NCBI RefSeq assembly: GCF_009834535.1
Contig: NC_045707.1
Location: 59,088,001-59,152,000, forward strand
Direction: 5' to 3'
DNA from: Camelus ferus
Taxonomy: Eukaryota
Length of the DNA stretch: 64,000 nucleotides
The translations under genes and the position numbers were made by a program. Shown one piece after another: positions 10,511 through 24,230 of the stretch (position 1 is its first letter; the number at the start of each line of letters is the position of its first letter). Under the pieces are notes generated by a model. The model was not told where the DNA came from, ran no database searches, and saw nothing but the letters and a program-made list of their open reading frames with translations.

Positions 10511-13500
10511 ATTGCTTTATTTTATTTCTGACTCAAAAATATATATATATTTTGTTTTAGCTTTCTCTTCTGTGTTTGTACAGAACTGAGGATAGAAGCT
10601 ACAGAGAATGAGTATTGAATTTAGATAATCATTTTAGGAGGTATCATTTATCTAGATGACTAAATGATTTGCCTTTACCATTAACTTATAAATCCTTATG
10701 TGTGAGGTGACTTCCGATCGAATTCCATTCTTTGCATGTCTCATCTCTCAGGCAAATATCCAATGATGTATTATTTCTGGGGTGCTGACCTTCTCATGGA
10801 ACTTTGGCCACTGGCACTTTTGAATGGCAAGTTCTTAGACGTTTGGTTTTGTATCATTTGGAAGCATCGGGACATCAAAGCATTAAGAGTACTGGCGTTA
10901 GCATCAGTCAGCCTGGAGAGGGAATCCTGTTTCTTCTGCTTAATAGAAGTTTGTCCTTGCAGGAGGTGCTTAATTTTCCTAAGCCTCATCTGAAACTTGA
11001 GGATTCAAACCACAGGTCTCATAAGTTTATTTTGAGAATGAAAAGGGATCTTGAGATCATTCAGATAAAGCACTGAGGAATGTATATAGTAAACGCTGAA
11101 TGAATGAGATTTATTTATGATTATCATTTTATTGCTTTCACTTCTGAAAAATCACCAGGTTCCAATGGGCTTTCTAGATACGATCACATCCATACCCAGG
11201 TCTGTCTATTGCTGTTTCAAACTACATCTACAGAGAAGTACTCTGCTTGGGCCAGAGGCTCACCAAGCCACTGCCAGCTAGCCTAATTGGCGCTTTGGCA
11301 CAAATTTCAAAAAGGTACACCCTCTTGGGTGACACATCCCCTAAGAGAGTGCTCATGCCTTGGCAAGCAAACTGCATGCCGGAACTGACTATGTATATAT
11401 ATGCTCACTTGTACGGCCAAGTGTGTTTGTACAAGAAGTTCATAAACACCCAGATGCATAGATGGTGTCCCTTGTGGCACAATGAGACAAAAAGGGGTCA
11501 AAGCAAAACCCTGTACTAAGCAAAACCAAAGCAAAAACACTGCCTCTCTTTGGTTGTATACCCATGCTAAAACCAAAAGGATTACTATTCTATTATCATT
11601 TGAGCACAGGAATTTTGGTAGGAGGAGGACAAGTTTCTCTGGGGGAAAGGTGTCTGGAAAGTCAAAACTGCTTCAGAAAGAACATCATGCTGTACACCAG
11701 AAACTGACACATTGTGACTGACTATATATACTGCATATGAAAAAAAGAAAACAAGAGCTACATCCTCTAACTTCAGAATGTGGGAGGAGGCCAGGGATCC
11801 TCAAAGAAGCACAAGTCCCTCTTGCTTGTTCTTGTACTGAGAGGAGCAGGGCTAGTGAGGGACATGTTGGAGGAGCAGAGGGGGACAGGATTCTGAGAGG
11901 GACCACAATGGTAAGAATTTCGTTTTGATGACAATCCATGAAATGTGAAGCACAAATAAAAAGCACAGTATGTGGAACGTATCGATGCTAATCTAGATTA
12001 CAATTTATATTCTGCATGCGATGGTGTCACATACACGTACAGAGCTTCCATCACGACTAAAACAAATCCTAGATTTTCACATTTTGTTGTTTCTTAAACA
12101 AGATGTGTGCATGATGTTTTAAAAGTCAAAGGAATTATTTTTCCTCAAAAGGTTATTACTTTGATGCATCTTTCATTCACTGGTGTCCAAAAACTTAAAA
12201 ATATAACTACTTTTGAAAAACATTTAAAAAGACCCAAACATACGTCTTTGATTATTGTTTCCATTAGACACAAAACTCTTGTCTTAGACTATCTGTATTA
12301 AGACCATCGTCCATTGGAGGCACAGCAAACCCGGGATCCAATGGTTCAGCCCTTGTTTTTCTCCCCCGTTTTGAGGGTGGCTCTGAGGTAGCCCGTCACT
12401 AGTACTTCAGAGCAGGATTCTCTTAGCCAGACCCAGCTCTCCAAATAAGCCGGAAGTAATACACTCACTGTTTTGGGTCTGTCCCAGTTGCATTACAATC
12501 TGTCCCAGCTGACCTCACTCTTCACTTTTGTTTCTTTATTTTTTTCTTTTTTCCTTCCAAATTAGAAGGAAAATAAAACTCTCTCATGCCACTCTGATCC
12601 TATCTGATAGCACTACATGGTATTTTGTTCCTCATTAGTATCTACCTTGACTTTTTGCTACTATGGCAACCAAACACCTAGAGCAAAATCCTCGATACCA
12701 TGTTTCTCATTATCAGTAGATAATCTACATTGTGCACTTTTCCCCCTCCCCATTTCAGGCCTGAACATCTCAATATAATCCAACTCATGCTTCTCAAACA
12801 GACTCTATTTCTTTTTGTTTTTTAACATCTTTTGAGCAAGTGTAAATTTGTTTGTAAGATGGCATCAAGTTTTTAAACAAACATAAGAAAGGAGATTCCT
12901 AAATGCATCCACTTTCTACTCCCAGGTAAGCCAGATCAGTGGCCCAGGGGTCCTTCCGATTTCTAGAAACAAATATTTTGTGGCTTCTGGAAATTATACA
13001 ACAGGTTTTTATGTTTCAATAACATGCTGCCTTTAAAAAACTAGCACTGTGACTCTTTTTTGGTTTTTAGTTCACTAGGTAACTCCATTCTTCTGCTGTG
13101 TGGATGTAAGACCATACCACTTAAAGGTAGGACTCAAGTTTGTTGCAACTAGGAAAACATATACAGTTTTCTACAAAATTTTACCGCAGTTCAACTGGTT
13201 TGTTATTCAGGGTTTTATTTCAATTCTCCAGATGCCACACATCCTGTCTAATCTAAGCTATGACGAAATGACCATTCACAATGCAGAGTCATGGTGTCCT
13301 TCTATTTGACCTATAAGCCAGCATTTCAGGAGTTCTCTCTTCCAAGAAGTACAACAGTTTATCTTTAACCACAAGGGAGAGACAAGCAGAATTTTTCAAG
13401 AATGATGTGAGTTCTCAAGGCAAATAGCCTCTTCTGAGAAAATGGTTTATATGGACAAGAGAGATGATTGGATTTTTACAAAGAACTATGAAGCCATTTA

Positions 13501-14239
13501 CCATAAAAGAGAAAAATATAGGAGCACAAGGAAATTGTCATTTAGGTTTATATAATAAAATATAAAGGACAAAGAAGTAACAGACTAAATTTACACATAA
13601 AACAAGGCCAAAAGCATATTCTATATGACCAGGATATGCACACTTTATAATTTTTAATGTTTTCTGAAATTTGGGATAACTTTTAAAAGGTAGAAAGATA
13701 TCGTGAATTTATAAGTATCTATTACATCTGAAAAACACAATTTCTCCAAAGTTTAAATGGAGATTTAGACTAAATAATGCCTGAATACCTAGATTTTTTT
13801 TTTGAAATCAGTATTCTAGATGTTTTCTGTACAATGCCACATAACCTGAAGCTTCCAATTATTGTCAGGTATGGAACATCTGTGTGTGGAAATTTCCTGT
13901 CCTATGAGGTCAGGGGTCCACAGCAGAAATCACCGTGATCTGGCACACTTAGTGCCAAATTTATTTTTGTCTAGTCTGAAGATCTACTAGTCTGAGAGAT
14001 GACCTTCCTTGCCTGTCAAATCCTCCAACATGAATCACCAAGGACTTCAGAGTAATAAATGCGTTTTCATACCTTTATTCCAGTGTATAACGAAAAATCC
14101 TTGCCATGACTACCTTATGTTCTTCCTAATAAAAATTTCACTTGAATTATTTTAAGTCATTTTTATGTTGGAAATTTTTGTGTATGTTGATGTCAAACCC
14201 AGATTTTCTAAAGCAATACCAGACATGGTTGTATTGTGA

Positions 14240-14505
14240 TGGGCAAGCATTGGATTTGAAGACAGAAGGCACAGACAGACACATGATTTAGCACAACTCG
14301 CTTTCCACTTGCATTTCTTCAAGTGCAAAAGGGTTGCTAGACAGCCTCTAGATGAGTATGGCTTCTCACCACTTCCTCCTTCCCTTGTTTCACTCTCAAA
14401 GAGAGAAATACAAATTTGGTGGACCATATTTCCTACCCTGGGATGGGTTGCAGTTGTTATGCGTAGACGTTTCAAAAGAGACAGAATTACAAGGTAAATA
14501 ATGAT
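14240..14505 (+). mobile_element. MIR SINE
   Basis: agcattggatttgaagacagaagg...catatttcctaccctgggatgggttgcagttgttatg. Confidence 0.45.
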
Positions 14506-14944
14506 CAGGAAAAAGTGGTCTCTTCTCACTTATTTCAAAGTGACTGAAGGGATAAACTCTAACCATCTTTCTTTCTCTCCTTTTGGGGTCCTTTCTCTCC
14601 TGCCCGGTGGCAGGGAATCCTTTCACAAACATGTGCTGGTCAGTAATGATTAGAAAGAGATGACTACGGCTTAATATCCTTACAAGTGTACCCTTAATGG
14701 AGATATCGGCAGGAAAGGAGGAAGGTAGGTAGGGAGATAGATAGATCGATCGATCTTTCTGAGAGTTTGCTAGTGTTTTAGTGCTAGCCTGGATTTTCCT
14801 TTCCCTTTAGCTTGAAGAATTTTCTTCACAGCGGGAAAAAAAAAAAAAAAAAACAAACTGTCAGATCATGGAATTGTGGTTGATAACTGAGAAAAATGTC
14901 ACCATATCTGTGAAAGTTTTTGTGATCACTTTGTTTCTACATTT

Positions 14945-15140
14945 TCTTTCAGCTTTATTGAGATATAATTGACATGTCACTCTGTTCAAGTTTAAGGGCT
15001 ACAGCATAATGATGTGACTTATACATATCATGAAATTATTATTACAGTAAGTTAAGTAAAAAGTTACTGTCTCATAGGTTAAACAAATTAAAGAAACAGA
15101 AAAAATATATTTTCCCTGGTGATGAGAACTCAGGATTTAT
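14945..15140 (-). mobile_element. L1 3'-end fragment (L1MA9-like)
   Basis: agctttattgagatataattgacat...aagtttaagg...tacagcataatgat...ggtgatgagaactcaggattta. Confidence 0.8.
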
Positions 15141-15221
15141 TGAGCCCCTACTACATACTAGATTTTTTAGATTTTTTAATATAGTGGTTCTCATCAAGCT
15201 TACAATTTAGAATTGTGTAAT

Positions 15222-15244
15222 ACACACACACACACACACACACA
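15222..15244. repeat. (AC)11 microsatellite
   Basis: Direct reading. Confidence 0.95.
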
Positions 15245-15289
15245 AATAAATAAACAAGCATATGATTATGAATCATGTTAATGAAGCTA

Positions 15290-15650
15290 ATACACACAGG
15301 AAAAGAATAGAAACTGACACTGGAATCCTCCTTAGATAAAGCAGTCCGGGAAAACCACCACGTGGCTATGACACTAGTACCAGGTCTGAAGGACAGGAGG
15401 AGAGAGCCATGCAAAGAGCTGGGCAGGAGCAGCCCAGGTGGAGAGAGGCGTCTAGACCAAAGCTGCAAGATAAGAAAAGTCTTGAAATAATCAATAACCT
15501 GAAACACCCATGCAGTTGGAGCAAAATGACCAAGAAGAAAAGTATAGAAAGTGATCTGGGAGATGAAGGCCATGTAAAGGAGTTTCAACTATTCCAAATG
15601 CAGTGGGAAGCCTCGAGTATTTCTGAGAGCTCTAATAACTCTGACCACAT
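15290..15650 (-). mobile_element. L2 fragment
   Basis: gagagagccatgcaaagagctggg...gaaggccatgtaaaggagtttcaactattccaaatgcagtgggaagcc. Confidence 0.65.
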
Positions 15651-16047
15651 TGTTTACTTACTTTGATACTAATAACATTGCTGTGTAACTCCCACAACGA
15701 CTCCCTACTTCTTCTGAGCAAGCTTGAGCATCTTTACACTGTCTTAAATATCTAAGAGAGACTGAATGAACCACCAGAAAAATACTGTGTTATCTCTACC
15801 ATTCATTGGTCTACCATCAAGAAATACTCGACTTCGGTAAGGAATTTAGCAGACTTTTCTTTTTCTGCACTGATGTTACACTCCTTCAGTGCGTACAACA
15901 GAGACATCCATATATTTATGTATGACGTCTAGTATACAAATATTTAAATTATTGATCATATTTTTATTTCCCAGCTATAAGGTCCTAAGACTTCACTGAA
16001 TACCAGTCTCTACAGCCTCATTCCTTGCTCAAAGCTCTTAGTAATTG

Positions 16048-16213
16048 TTTGTTTTTTTTTTACCATTTTTTTAGTCATTTTACAATGTTGTGTCAAATTC
16101 CAGGGTAGAGCACAATTTTTCACTTATACATGAAAATATATATTCATTCATTGCCACATTCTCTTTCTCTGTGAGCCACCACAAGATCCTGTATATATTT
16201 CCCTAGGCTACAC
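16048..16213 (-). mobile_element. Short, relatively young L1 3' end (same type as the 31814-33053 element)
   Basis: Poly(T) followed by tagtcattttacaatgttgtgtcaaattccagggtagagcacaatttttc, the reverse complement of the tail at ~32890-33030. Confidence 0.85.
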
Positions 16214-18786
16214 ATTCCAGAATGCTAATCAGGGCCTGAATCGGATTCAAACCCTGTTTACCGTATTTTCCCGAGTACTGCAACTTACTATAAGAATTAG
16301 TAAATAGCTGTTACCACTGTTCAATTCAATTCCTCCTAACAGTAATCACAATGAATAAGACATTTTAAACTTTGAAGTAAGCCAAGTTTTCTGGGAGATT
16401 TTGTGTTTATCCAAACCTTGAATCAAACTGCAGTGAATTAGCTTTCCTAAAGTTCTTTCCCAGACTGAAAAGTGGAAAAGACATCTAAATAGTTTACTCG
16501 AAATGTCAGAAGAAATTCTCCTAGGAAAGGACAGATGGAACATGTCTCAGCAGGTTGCAGACCCTACCTAATTGTGACTATGTAATAATAAGCATAAAAT
16601 ATAATTAAAAAGCTAAAGTAAGACAAGTAAGAAAAATAAGAGCTTACAGTGAGGATCAGGAAAATCCCATTTTTTATTGCTACCATCTGATCACATTTCC
16701 CATGGAGTACGAAAAACATGAAATACTTAAGCATCTCACTGTAACATTAATAAATGATGCTCCAAACTTTGTCTCCTGAGAGGTCATTCAATCTTTAGCA
16801 CTGAACAGTTTTGCTTTTGTCAAATAAAAGCAGATCATTAGATGATTAAATGTGTGTGTGTGCATGCACCCAAGTGAGTGGTTTATTTGTATTTTGTTTC
16901 CAAACCTTCCTGGAATCCTTTTACGTAATAGAGGCAGAGTAAAACACATTGCAGTCCCACTGGACCATCCATAATACTCAATATACTACACTTTTCTAAG
17001 AAACAAGGACACCAATAGACTGATTTGAACTGCTGTATTTGACCCCTTTGCAGAACACATCCCCTCAGGCTTCTCTTCATGTAGTCTGTGCTTGGCTTGC
17101 ATTTAGCATTTAGCTAGGGCAGGCCTAACCTGCTGAGAATCGGACAGAGAGCACTGTTTTCCACAGCTCTATGGTTGAAGACTGCCTTAAGAATCTTGAT
17201 TCGGCTTTGACATTTGGACCTCAGTAAAAAGAAGTAAATTTCTTATCTTTAGTCCTATCATGAATCATTCGATACTTATCCCTTTGGACCTGGTCCTAAA
17301 GAAGCCTTGAGTTAAAGTCAAAGACAGATGCTTTCCTCACATCTTTCTTGACTGCTTAAAAAAAGAATTATTTCACACAAGAAGTTGTTCAGTTGAAACA
17401 GATCAATAAAATAGCAGCATAACATCCATCTTCATGTTCAACCAAATTACTACAATAATTAGCATGGGGGACTTAAGAATTCTTTAGATACTTGTTGTTT
17501 TGCTTTAGAGGTCAAGAGAGAAGTATATGAAAGATTTTCATATTCTGAGGGAGTGGGAGAGTCCTATTTTGTAGTGAACTGACACAGAGGTCATCAAAGT
17601 TAACTGGCCAAAGATCGCACGTGAAGCTCTGCAGAACAACCTTCTGCCTCCCAGATGGAAAATATACATGAGAAGGGAAAAGCTCTGCAGCCACATGAGG
17701 ACAATGTTAAGTTCAACAAGTTCAAGGATAAGTTGGTTCAATAAGAGAATTCAGCCAGCAGTAAGAAGATTAGAATCTTAAAAAGCCAGAGAGTAGAGGG
17801 GTCATTCAAACAAAGGGAAAATGCACCCCCTATACTGTATATTTATTGTCTGTTTCCTCTGAGAGCTCTGAGTGGATTTTCCAGCAAAACCAGGTACCCT
17901 ATGTTGATAAAATAGAAAGAAGTAATAGTAAAATTGGAACTTGAAATCTAAATGTATTTTTCTCTTATTAGTAGGTCTAGAGGCTTACTAAGTTGCTTCA
18001 AGTCTGATTTCTAACAACCAGAAATTGGTGGGGGCCTCGGTTAACAACTGCCAACTCCAAGAGAGCTTGATTTGTTTCTGCTGGTACTTAAAGTTATTAT
18101 TTCTACCACAAGGGAAGGCAATTATATAACTCTCTTAACCACACAGAACATATTTTGTCCATAATCGCCTCATATATGGAAGATCTACTTATGAGGAAGA
18201 GAAAGACATTGGTATATTTTTATTTTTATGTAAAAATTGTCTGTCCAATGAATGCCTGATATGCAGTAGGTACAATGCCAGGCACTCCAGATTCAAAGGT
18301 ATGGTCTTATCTATGAGATCACAGTAATGGAGAGTTCTAATTGGCCTCATCTAGTAGCTAGGATCAGGGATTCAGAAAATTCACTCAATATAACTTAAGA
18401 AGAAGCAGGTTTACGATAAGGATGTATTTATTGTTACATGCTCATTTATATAATAAACATCCTTATTAAATATTCTATATATTTGCTATACATATACCCA
18501 AGGATACTTTCTTATAGTATACATTTTCTTATAAGTATACGTATATGTCAGGAACTGATGAAGGCAGCCCCCAGAGGGTTCTCTGCTTTGCTCTCCCTCC
18601 AACTTCCTTCCTTCTGTCTTTCATTCCCCCACCTACTAGAGTCTTTATCTTCTATGCTTCTTTCCTACCCTTTCAAACTTTTAGCTTTTATGAGGCTTTG
18701 CATCCATTTACTCAAACAACAAACAGTTCTTAAATATATAACACATGCAGGCACAGCACATAAAATGTTAAGAGGAAATTACAGGA

Positions 18787-19300
18787 TGTAAAATAGAAAT
18801 TGCACTGAATACATTAAAAACGACAAGCCAAGTATTATTTGAGTTACCTCAGTAGAGGAGAGGACTTCGGTACAGAACTGAACTCCACTCCAATAAGAAA
18901 AGGCAGAAGAGTGTTTAAGCCCTGGGGTGAACTAGTGGACAAGTACCAGATAACATTAAGGAGGAAGTTGGTCAGTGTGATCAGGCCATCTGTGTTTGCG
19001 CACTGGTGCTGGTTGAAAGAAGTCAGGCTCCTACCTCCCACAAAGACTGGGGGATAAGCTCTCTTGTTTCTTGATGACTGCATTCCAGAGAGATGGCTCC
19101 CAGGTCCTTGAGAAAGTCATCCCTTGGTTGTAAAACTGACAATAACCTGAGAGAAAATTTGCATCTCAAAGGGGCAGAGAAAGAATTTACAATGGCAAGG
19201 TTTCTAAAGAAAAGCCCTTAGAAAAGGGAGGTCAGCAGTCTGTCGTCAGGAACAAGCCTGTCTAAAGTTTGGGTGAGCCAAGTGGAACATTAAGGTCAAT
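18787..19300 (-). mobile_element. ERV1 solo LTR, MER31-like, inserted in an L2 3' end
   Basis: The reverse complement starts tgaccttaatgttcc...aaactttagacaggcttgttcctgac...tgacctcccttttct...gtaaattctttctctgcccctttgagatg and ends ...taca. L2 sequence lies on both sides. Confidence 0.8.
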
Positions 19301-20620
19301 CAAAGGTATAGCAGGCAAAAACTAGACAAAACCCTGTCCTCATGAAGCTGATACCCTAGGCACCCGTAATAATAAAAAGACAAAGTTTGAGTAAATAAAT
19401 AAAAATGTATATCTGATTTAAGTGCTACAGAGAAAATCAAAGCAGGGAGGAAGGCATGGACCACAGTGGGCAAAGGGGTAGTTCAATTAAGTAGAGGTTT
19501 CCACTAATAAAGCAACTTCCACTTTGAGCAAAGTTCTGAAGGGAACATGAATAACCCAAGGAAATATTTAAGGGAAGAGAATTCCAGGTAGAGGTAAGAA
19601 CAGGCATAATCAGGAGCATGCTTGATGGGAGTCCTGAGACCAAGGACTAAGGAACAAGGGAGTAGAAGATGAAGTCAGGGAGATAGCAGGGAGGAGGCAG
19701 AACAGATCATGTAGGGACCTTGAGGTCACAGCAGGGACTTGGACTTGGATTTTGTATGAGAGGACTACAAAGGAAGGGCGATATCCTGTGAATAACTTTA
19801 TAAGAGGATTACTCTGGCTACTGCATTAATAAAAGTATTGCTGGGAGGGGTAAATGCAGAGGCTGGGTTTGTCTAGGAGGCATTCAGAGTCTGGAGTTGA
19901 GGGAAGTAGTCTGAGTGGGAGACTTAAATTTGTGAATCATCAGTATATAGGTGTATTATAAAACCACCTGACTGGATGAGTATACTAACAGAACCAGTAT
20001 AAACAGGAAAAAAAAAAAACTGCCTTACAAAAAGAATACCTTGAAAACAAGGAGAAAGCAGAAACCCTGAAGTAGGGTGAGTGAGGTAGAGGGCAACGCG
20101 ATGAGTGTGATCTCCTAAAGGTCAGGTGGAGAAGGTGTTTGAAGCTAGAAGACTTGGCTGCCAGTCTAATACCTCTTAACTGTTGAGAAAGAAGATGATG
20201 AAAATTTCACTTCTGCAGTGGTTGAGTAAACGCTTGACTAGAGAAGGTTCAGGAAAGTAGAAAACTCTATTATTACATTTATTAGGAATTATTTTATTCC
20301 AGAAAAATTTTCCATAGAAGGGAGAAGAGAAATAGGACAGTAGCTAAAGGGAGAGGTAGAATCAGGAGGAAGAAAAAATATATATATATATATATTTAGA
20401 TTGAAGAAATTACAGCATATTTGTATATTGATGAGAATGATTTATTAGAAGGAGAAAAAGATAAGGTAGGAAAAAAAAAAACAACTACTAGACTGCTGTT
20501 CTTGAATGAATGAGAGAGGCAAGGATTGAGTGTACCATTGGAGGGGTCGGCTTTAAGCAAGCATGGCCAGTTGGTACCTCTGTGTTAAAAGTAGGGAGGC
20601 AGAGTATATGCACACAAATG
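19301..20620 (-). mobile_element. L2 LINE body (its 3' tip lies at ~18700-18780, left of the LTR)
   Basis: aaaccctgtcctcatgaagctg, gggaagagaattccaggtagagg, cagatcatgtagggaccttg, ggagacttaaatttgtgaatcatcagtatatagg. Confidence 0.8.
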
Positions 20621-20959
20621 GAGGCAGATGACATGAAGGTAGGGACTCACAGAAGTACTGCTAGAAATTCTTTCACTTTCAGGTTATGACTCAATTCTTT
20701 CCAACTCAGTTTGCCGAGAGAACCTGATCAGCCCTAGTTCAAACATTCACACTTGGTATGCCATTGGTCCTAAGTCATAGGTAACGATGCATCCTTTGGA
20801 TTAGCATCCTTCCTGTCAGTTGAACATTCCTGGTCTGAAGACCTTGCCAGGAGAACAGAATTATGTGGTCCAAGTCATAGATCTTTCTACAGCAGGGATT
20901 GAGGCAGAACAGTTTCTCTTGGAAGAGTTTATGACTGGCAGGTTCTGTAAATATGTCTT

Positions 20960-21590
20960 AGTGTATGAAGGAAGACAGATATATACACAAATAAAGGTAA
21001 TAAAGTGCTGTGGGCCATGACAGAGGACACAGAGCTTAAATAAACTTAGGAGAGGAGAAAGTCATACAGGATGACATCACAGCAGAAAAGAGCTGACTCT
21101 GGAAAGCTCAGTGGTGACTTTCAGAAGGATACCCCAGAAATGGAAAAAAAATATTGGAGCCATTGTATATAGATATCTCATATTCTAGGAACGGCAAGTT
21201 ACTCAACACAGCAGGGGCATGAAAGGTGGGGTGGAGCAGAGGGAATGAATGAGAAGTTAATTTAGCAAGAAATAAAGAGGTGAGAACATAAAGAGCTATA
21301 ATACCCACGAAAAGAGTTTGGACTTCATTGTTGGGTGACAGGTTGCTAATAAAGGTTTTCAGTCATACTAGCATGTCATGAAGAATTTGCATTCTCTGGA
21401 ATCAGAATGGAGGTTAAATTGTAGGTGAGAGAGGCTGGAAACTACTTGGAAAACTCCAGGAGAAAAGAGATAAAATCTACTCTGAAATGGTAGCAGTAGG
21501 GACGAGAGTGGAGGAGTAACATGAGAGACAGCAGGACGTGGTTAATGGGCTTCTTGGGTAGGTAGAAGACAGGGGCTAGACTGATGGCAT
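20960..21590 (-). mobile_element. L2 fragment
   Basis: aaagtgctgtgggcc...aagagtttggacttcattg...ggtagcagtagggacgagag. Confidence 0.55.
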
Positions 21591-21879
21591 CAATGAGAGT
21601 CGGAACCACATACTTGTGCTTAAAATATGGAGCCTCACAGAATAAATACTGTGACACAAGTATCTTACCTGAAAATGTTTGTTTACTAAAAAGAATTTGT
21701 AACAGATCTAAAATCACTCAAATAAATTATCTTCTAGAGTGAGGTCCCAGATAGAAAAATACAAGACAAGAAACCCTTGTAAATTCAGTGTTATAGACTC
21801 ATTTACAACTTACTATTTTTGATATTAAAGCAGGAATTACCTTATCAATGGGATAACCCCTAAAAAGCATTTAGTAATA

Positions 21880-22030
21880 ATGGTTACACTTAATAGTATT
21901 TTGAGTTGATACTTGTATTTTCTCTTTCAATCCTCATGGCATCTCTCGGGAGTAAGTAACAGTACTCCATTTTACAGATGAGAAATCAGACAGAGTGCTT
22001 AAGAAACCTGCTCAAGCTAATAACTGGTAG
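21880..22030 (-). mobile_element. MIR SINE
   Basis: ttcaatcctcatggc...ccattttacagatgagaaatcagacagag...aacctgctcaag. Confidence 0.75.
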
Positions 22031-22435
22031 AGTTACTATTTCTTTCTGATATAGATACAAATAAGACAGAGTTCCAGGATATGAGCAACAGTCTAGAAGG
22101 AAGAGACAGTAGTTAACAAGTGAAATCATGTAAGTCAATGGTAAAGTAAGTAGAAGGTATATATTGTAAAGATTCATGGAGGGAGTGTTTATCTTTGTAA
22201 CATCTTAATAATTCATGAAAAAAAAATCAGGAAAGATTTCATGAATCTTGGACCCAAAATGAGTCTTTAGCAGGATATTCCAGGTAGAGGAGAAGGGTGA
22301 GAAGAGCCCGGGATATCTAGGAAACAGAGTCTGGGATCTGCAGAGAGCAGGCACCGGCAGGCCAGAGCAGATTAGAGATATGGGAGGGGAGGAATGCAGG
22401 CTGCAGCTGGTAGGGGATCCAATTAAACGCTGAGA

Positions 22436-23445
22436 CAGCGGTTCTCAAAGTGCGGTTCATGGGTCCCTGGGGTCCCCAAGACTCGTTCAGTGTGTTCCTG
22501 AACGTCAAAATGAGTTTTATAAGACTAAAGCATACTTGGCAGACATTTTCTTGAAAATGTACAAAGTGAACTTGTCATTGTAAGGTAAACAACCAACAGC
22601 ATTTGCTGCCAATGACAAAATTCAAGCTTTAGAGAAAATAAGGATTTTCGAAAACTTGTATCTGTCACCATGAGCTTAACAGCTTACCAGCATAGAACAT
22701 TTTTTAAATGAGATTTGGGATGATATTAGTGAATGTGATTTTTTTTATATATATTGTACAGTGAAATGCATCAATCTTTGGAATATCCGTATAACTCAGT
22801 GAACCTCTTTTTTTTTTTTTTTGTATAACCAAAACACAATACTACAAAATCACACATGGGTAAAAGTTCCTTTTAAAGTTCAAGTTAAACCAATAGATTT
22901 TAATTGAACAGAGTGAAAAAGGCCATTGATACCATTTGAAATCACGTATTTCAACTACTCTGTAAGAAATTACCATTTGTTGAGATTTGGTGTAATATTT
23001 AAGAATACTCATAATTATCTGAAAAAGATGATTAAAAGCATTCCTTCATTTTCCAACCACATATCTCTGTGAGGTATGATTTTTGTCACAAACTTTAACC
23101 AAAACAACACATCACAACAGGTTGAATGCAGAAGCCAACAGTTGGCTTCGATTAGGTTAAACATTCAACATTGATGTACAAAAATATTAAGCAATGCCAC
23201 TCTACTCACTGTTTCTTTTTGTTTTGGAAAATATATTATTTTTCATAAAAATATGCTATTTGTGTTAACATATAAAGGAACTGCTGTTATTTTAAAGAAA
23301 TTAATAAATGGCTGTCTCGGCGTTAGTTTCTAATACAGTAAATACACATAGATTTGACTCACATAAACAAAAGCTTTTGGAGATCATCGATAAATTTTAA
23401 GAGGTTAGGAGATCACTCCTAAAAGGTGATGAAACAAACCACTAT
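22436..23445 (+). mobile_element. Charlie1-like hAT DNA transposon (internally deleted)
   Basis: 5' end cagcggttctcaaagtgcggttc...ccctggggtccccaagac. Internal motifs tttgctgccaatgacaaaattcaagcttt and ggttgaatgcagaagc. Decayed 3' end ...aattttaagag...aaccact. Confidence 0.85.
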
Positions 23446-23846
23446 ATTGAGTAAACAAGAAGTTTAAATTTATGGCGATGAGTAGAAAAACAGATTTGGA
23501 TTCAGAATATGACTCAGTAAACAGTCTGGAAATGAACAAGGAGACAGCTGCCTTGGTGGAAGTTTATGGAGGTTTATCTGATAAGTGGAACTTGGGAGGA
23601 GAGGTTGTTTTCTAATTTCAATTACTACAGGGATTTAAAATCGGTACGAAATGTTCCATCCTATACTGATTCCCACTCTAGCGTAAATGGCTTTTGAAAG
23701 CTTTAATATATTCATTACACTTAAGAAAAAGTAGTTAAGTAACAATAAAAGTTCACTGCAGATGCTCAACAGGGAGAAAATGAAAAAGGGTGGAAACTGT
23801 TCCGCTATCTTAAGGGTGCTCGTGTGGAAGAAAGAATTAAACTTAC

Positions 23847-23924
23847 CTGCTCCAGCAAGCATCATGAGTTCCAGTGGTTGGGATTTGCAGGAAGGCAGAT
23901 TTCAGAACTTTGTGACAATTACAA
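23847..23924 (-). other. Candidate 78-nt internal exon (lncRNA, UTR or unknown gene)
   Basis: Minus strand reads ctcattctgtttttcaacAG, then TTGTAATTG...GCTGGAGCAG, then GTAAGT. Both splice sites are near-consensus. Confidence 0.4.
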
Positions 23925-23974
23925 CTGTTGAAAAACAGAATGAGCTGCCTTATTGGGCTGTTAATTCCTTGAAA

Positions 23975-24230
23975 ATAACTACTATTTATAAGGCTGACTT
24001 CACGTAAGCCGCTCTGTTAGTCACTTGTCACGATATCAGTTCATTTCGTTCTTACAGGAACCCTTAGTGATAGGTATTATTACATCCCTAGTCTCTATTT
24101 TATAAATTAGGGAACAAACTTGAGAGCGTCACTCTTCACTGACTTAGCCAAAGTGACTCAGCACGCAGAGGACAAAGGCAGGATTTGGATGCAGGACTCT
24201 CATTCCCCTCCTTGGGGCTTTTGCCACAGC
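23975..24230 (-). mobile_element. MIR SINE
   Basis: actatttataaggctgacttcacgtaagcc...gtgataggtattatt...gacttagccaaagtgactcagc...ggcaggatttggatgcagg. Confidence 0.7.

Noticed and set aside
11777..11910. Possible + strand 134-nt exon ending ATG|GTAAGA
   Set aside because: Poor pyrimidine tract, branch-like motif too close to the AG, and an unrecognised peptide.
17575..17780. Coding-looking stretch (…EVIKVNWPKIAREALQ…)
   Set aside because: The open frame is preceded by a stop right after the acceptor, and there is no donor or recognisable homology.
20820..20941. Protein-like frame LNIPGLKTLPGEQNYVVQVIDLSTAG... after cttcctgtcAG
   Set aside because: The donor is weak (CAG|GTTCTG), it sits between L2 fragments and I do not recognise the peptide.
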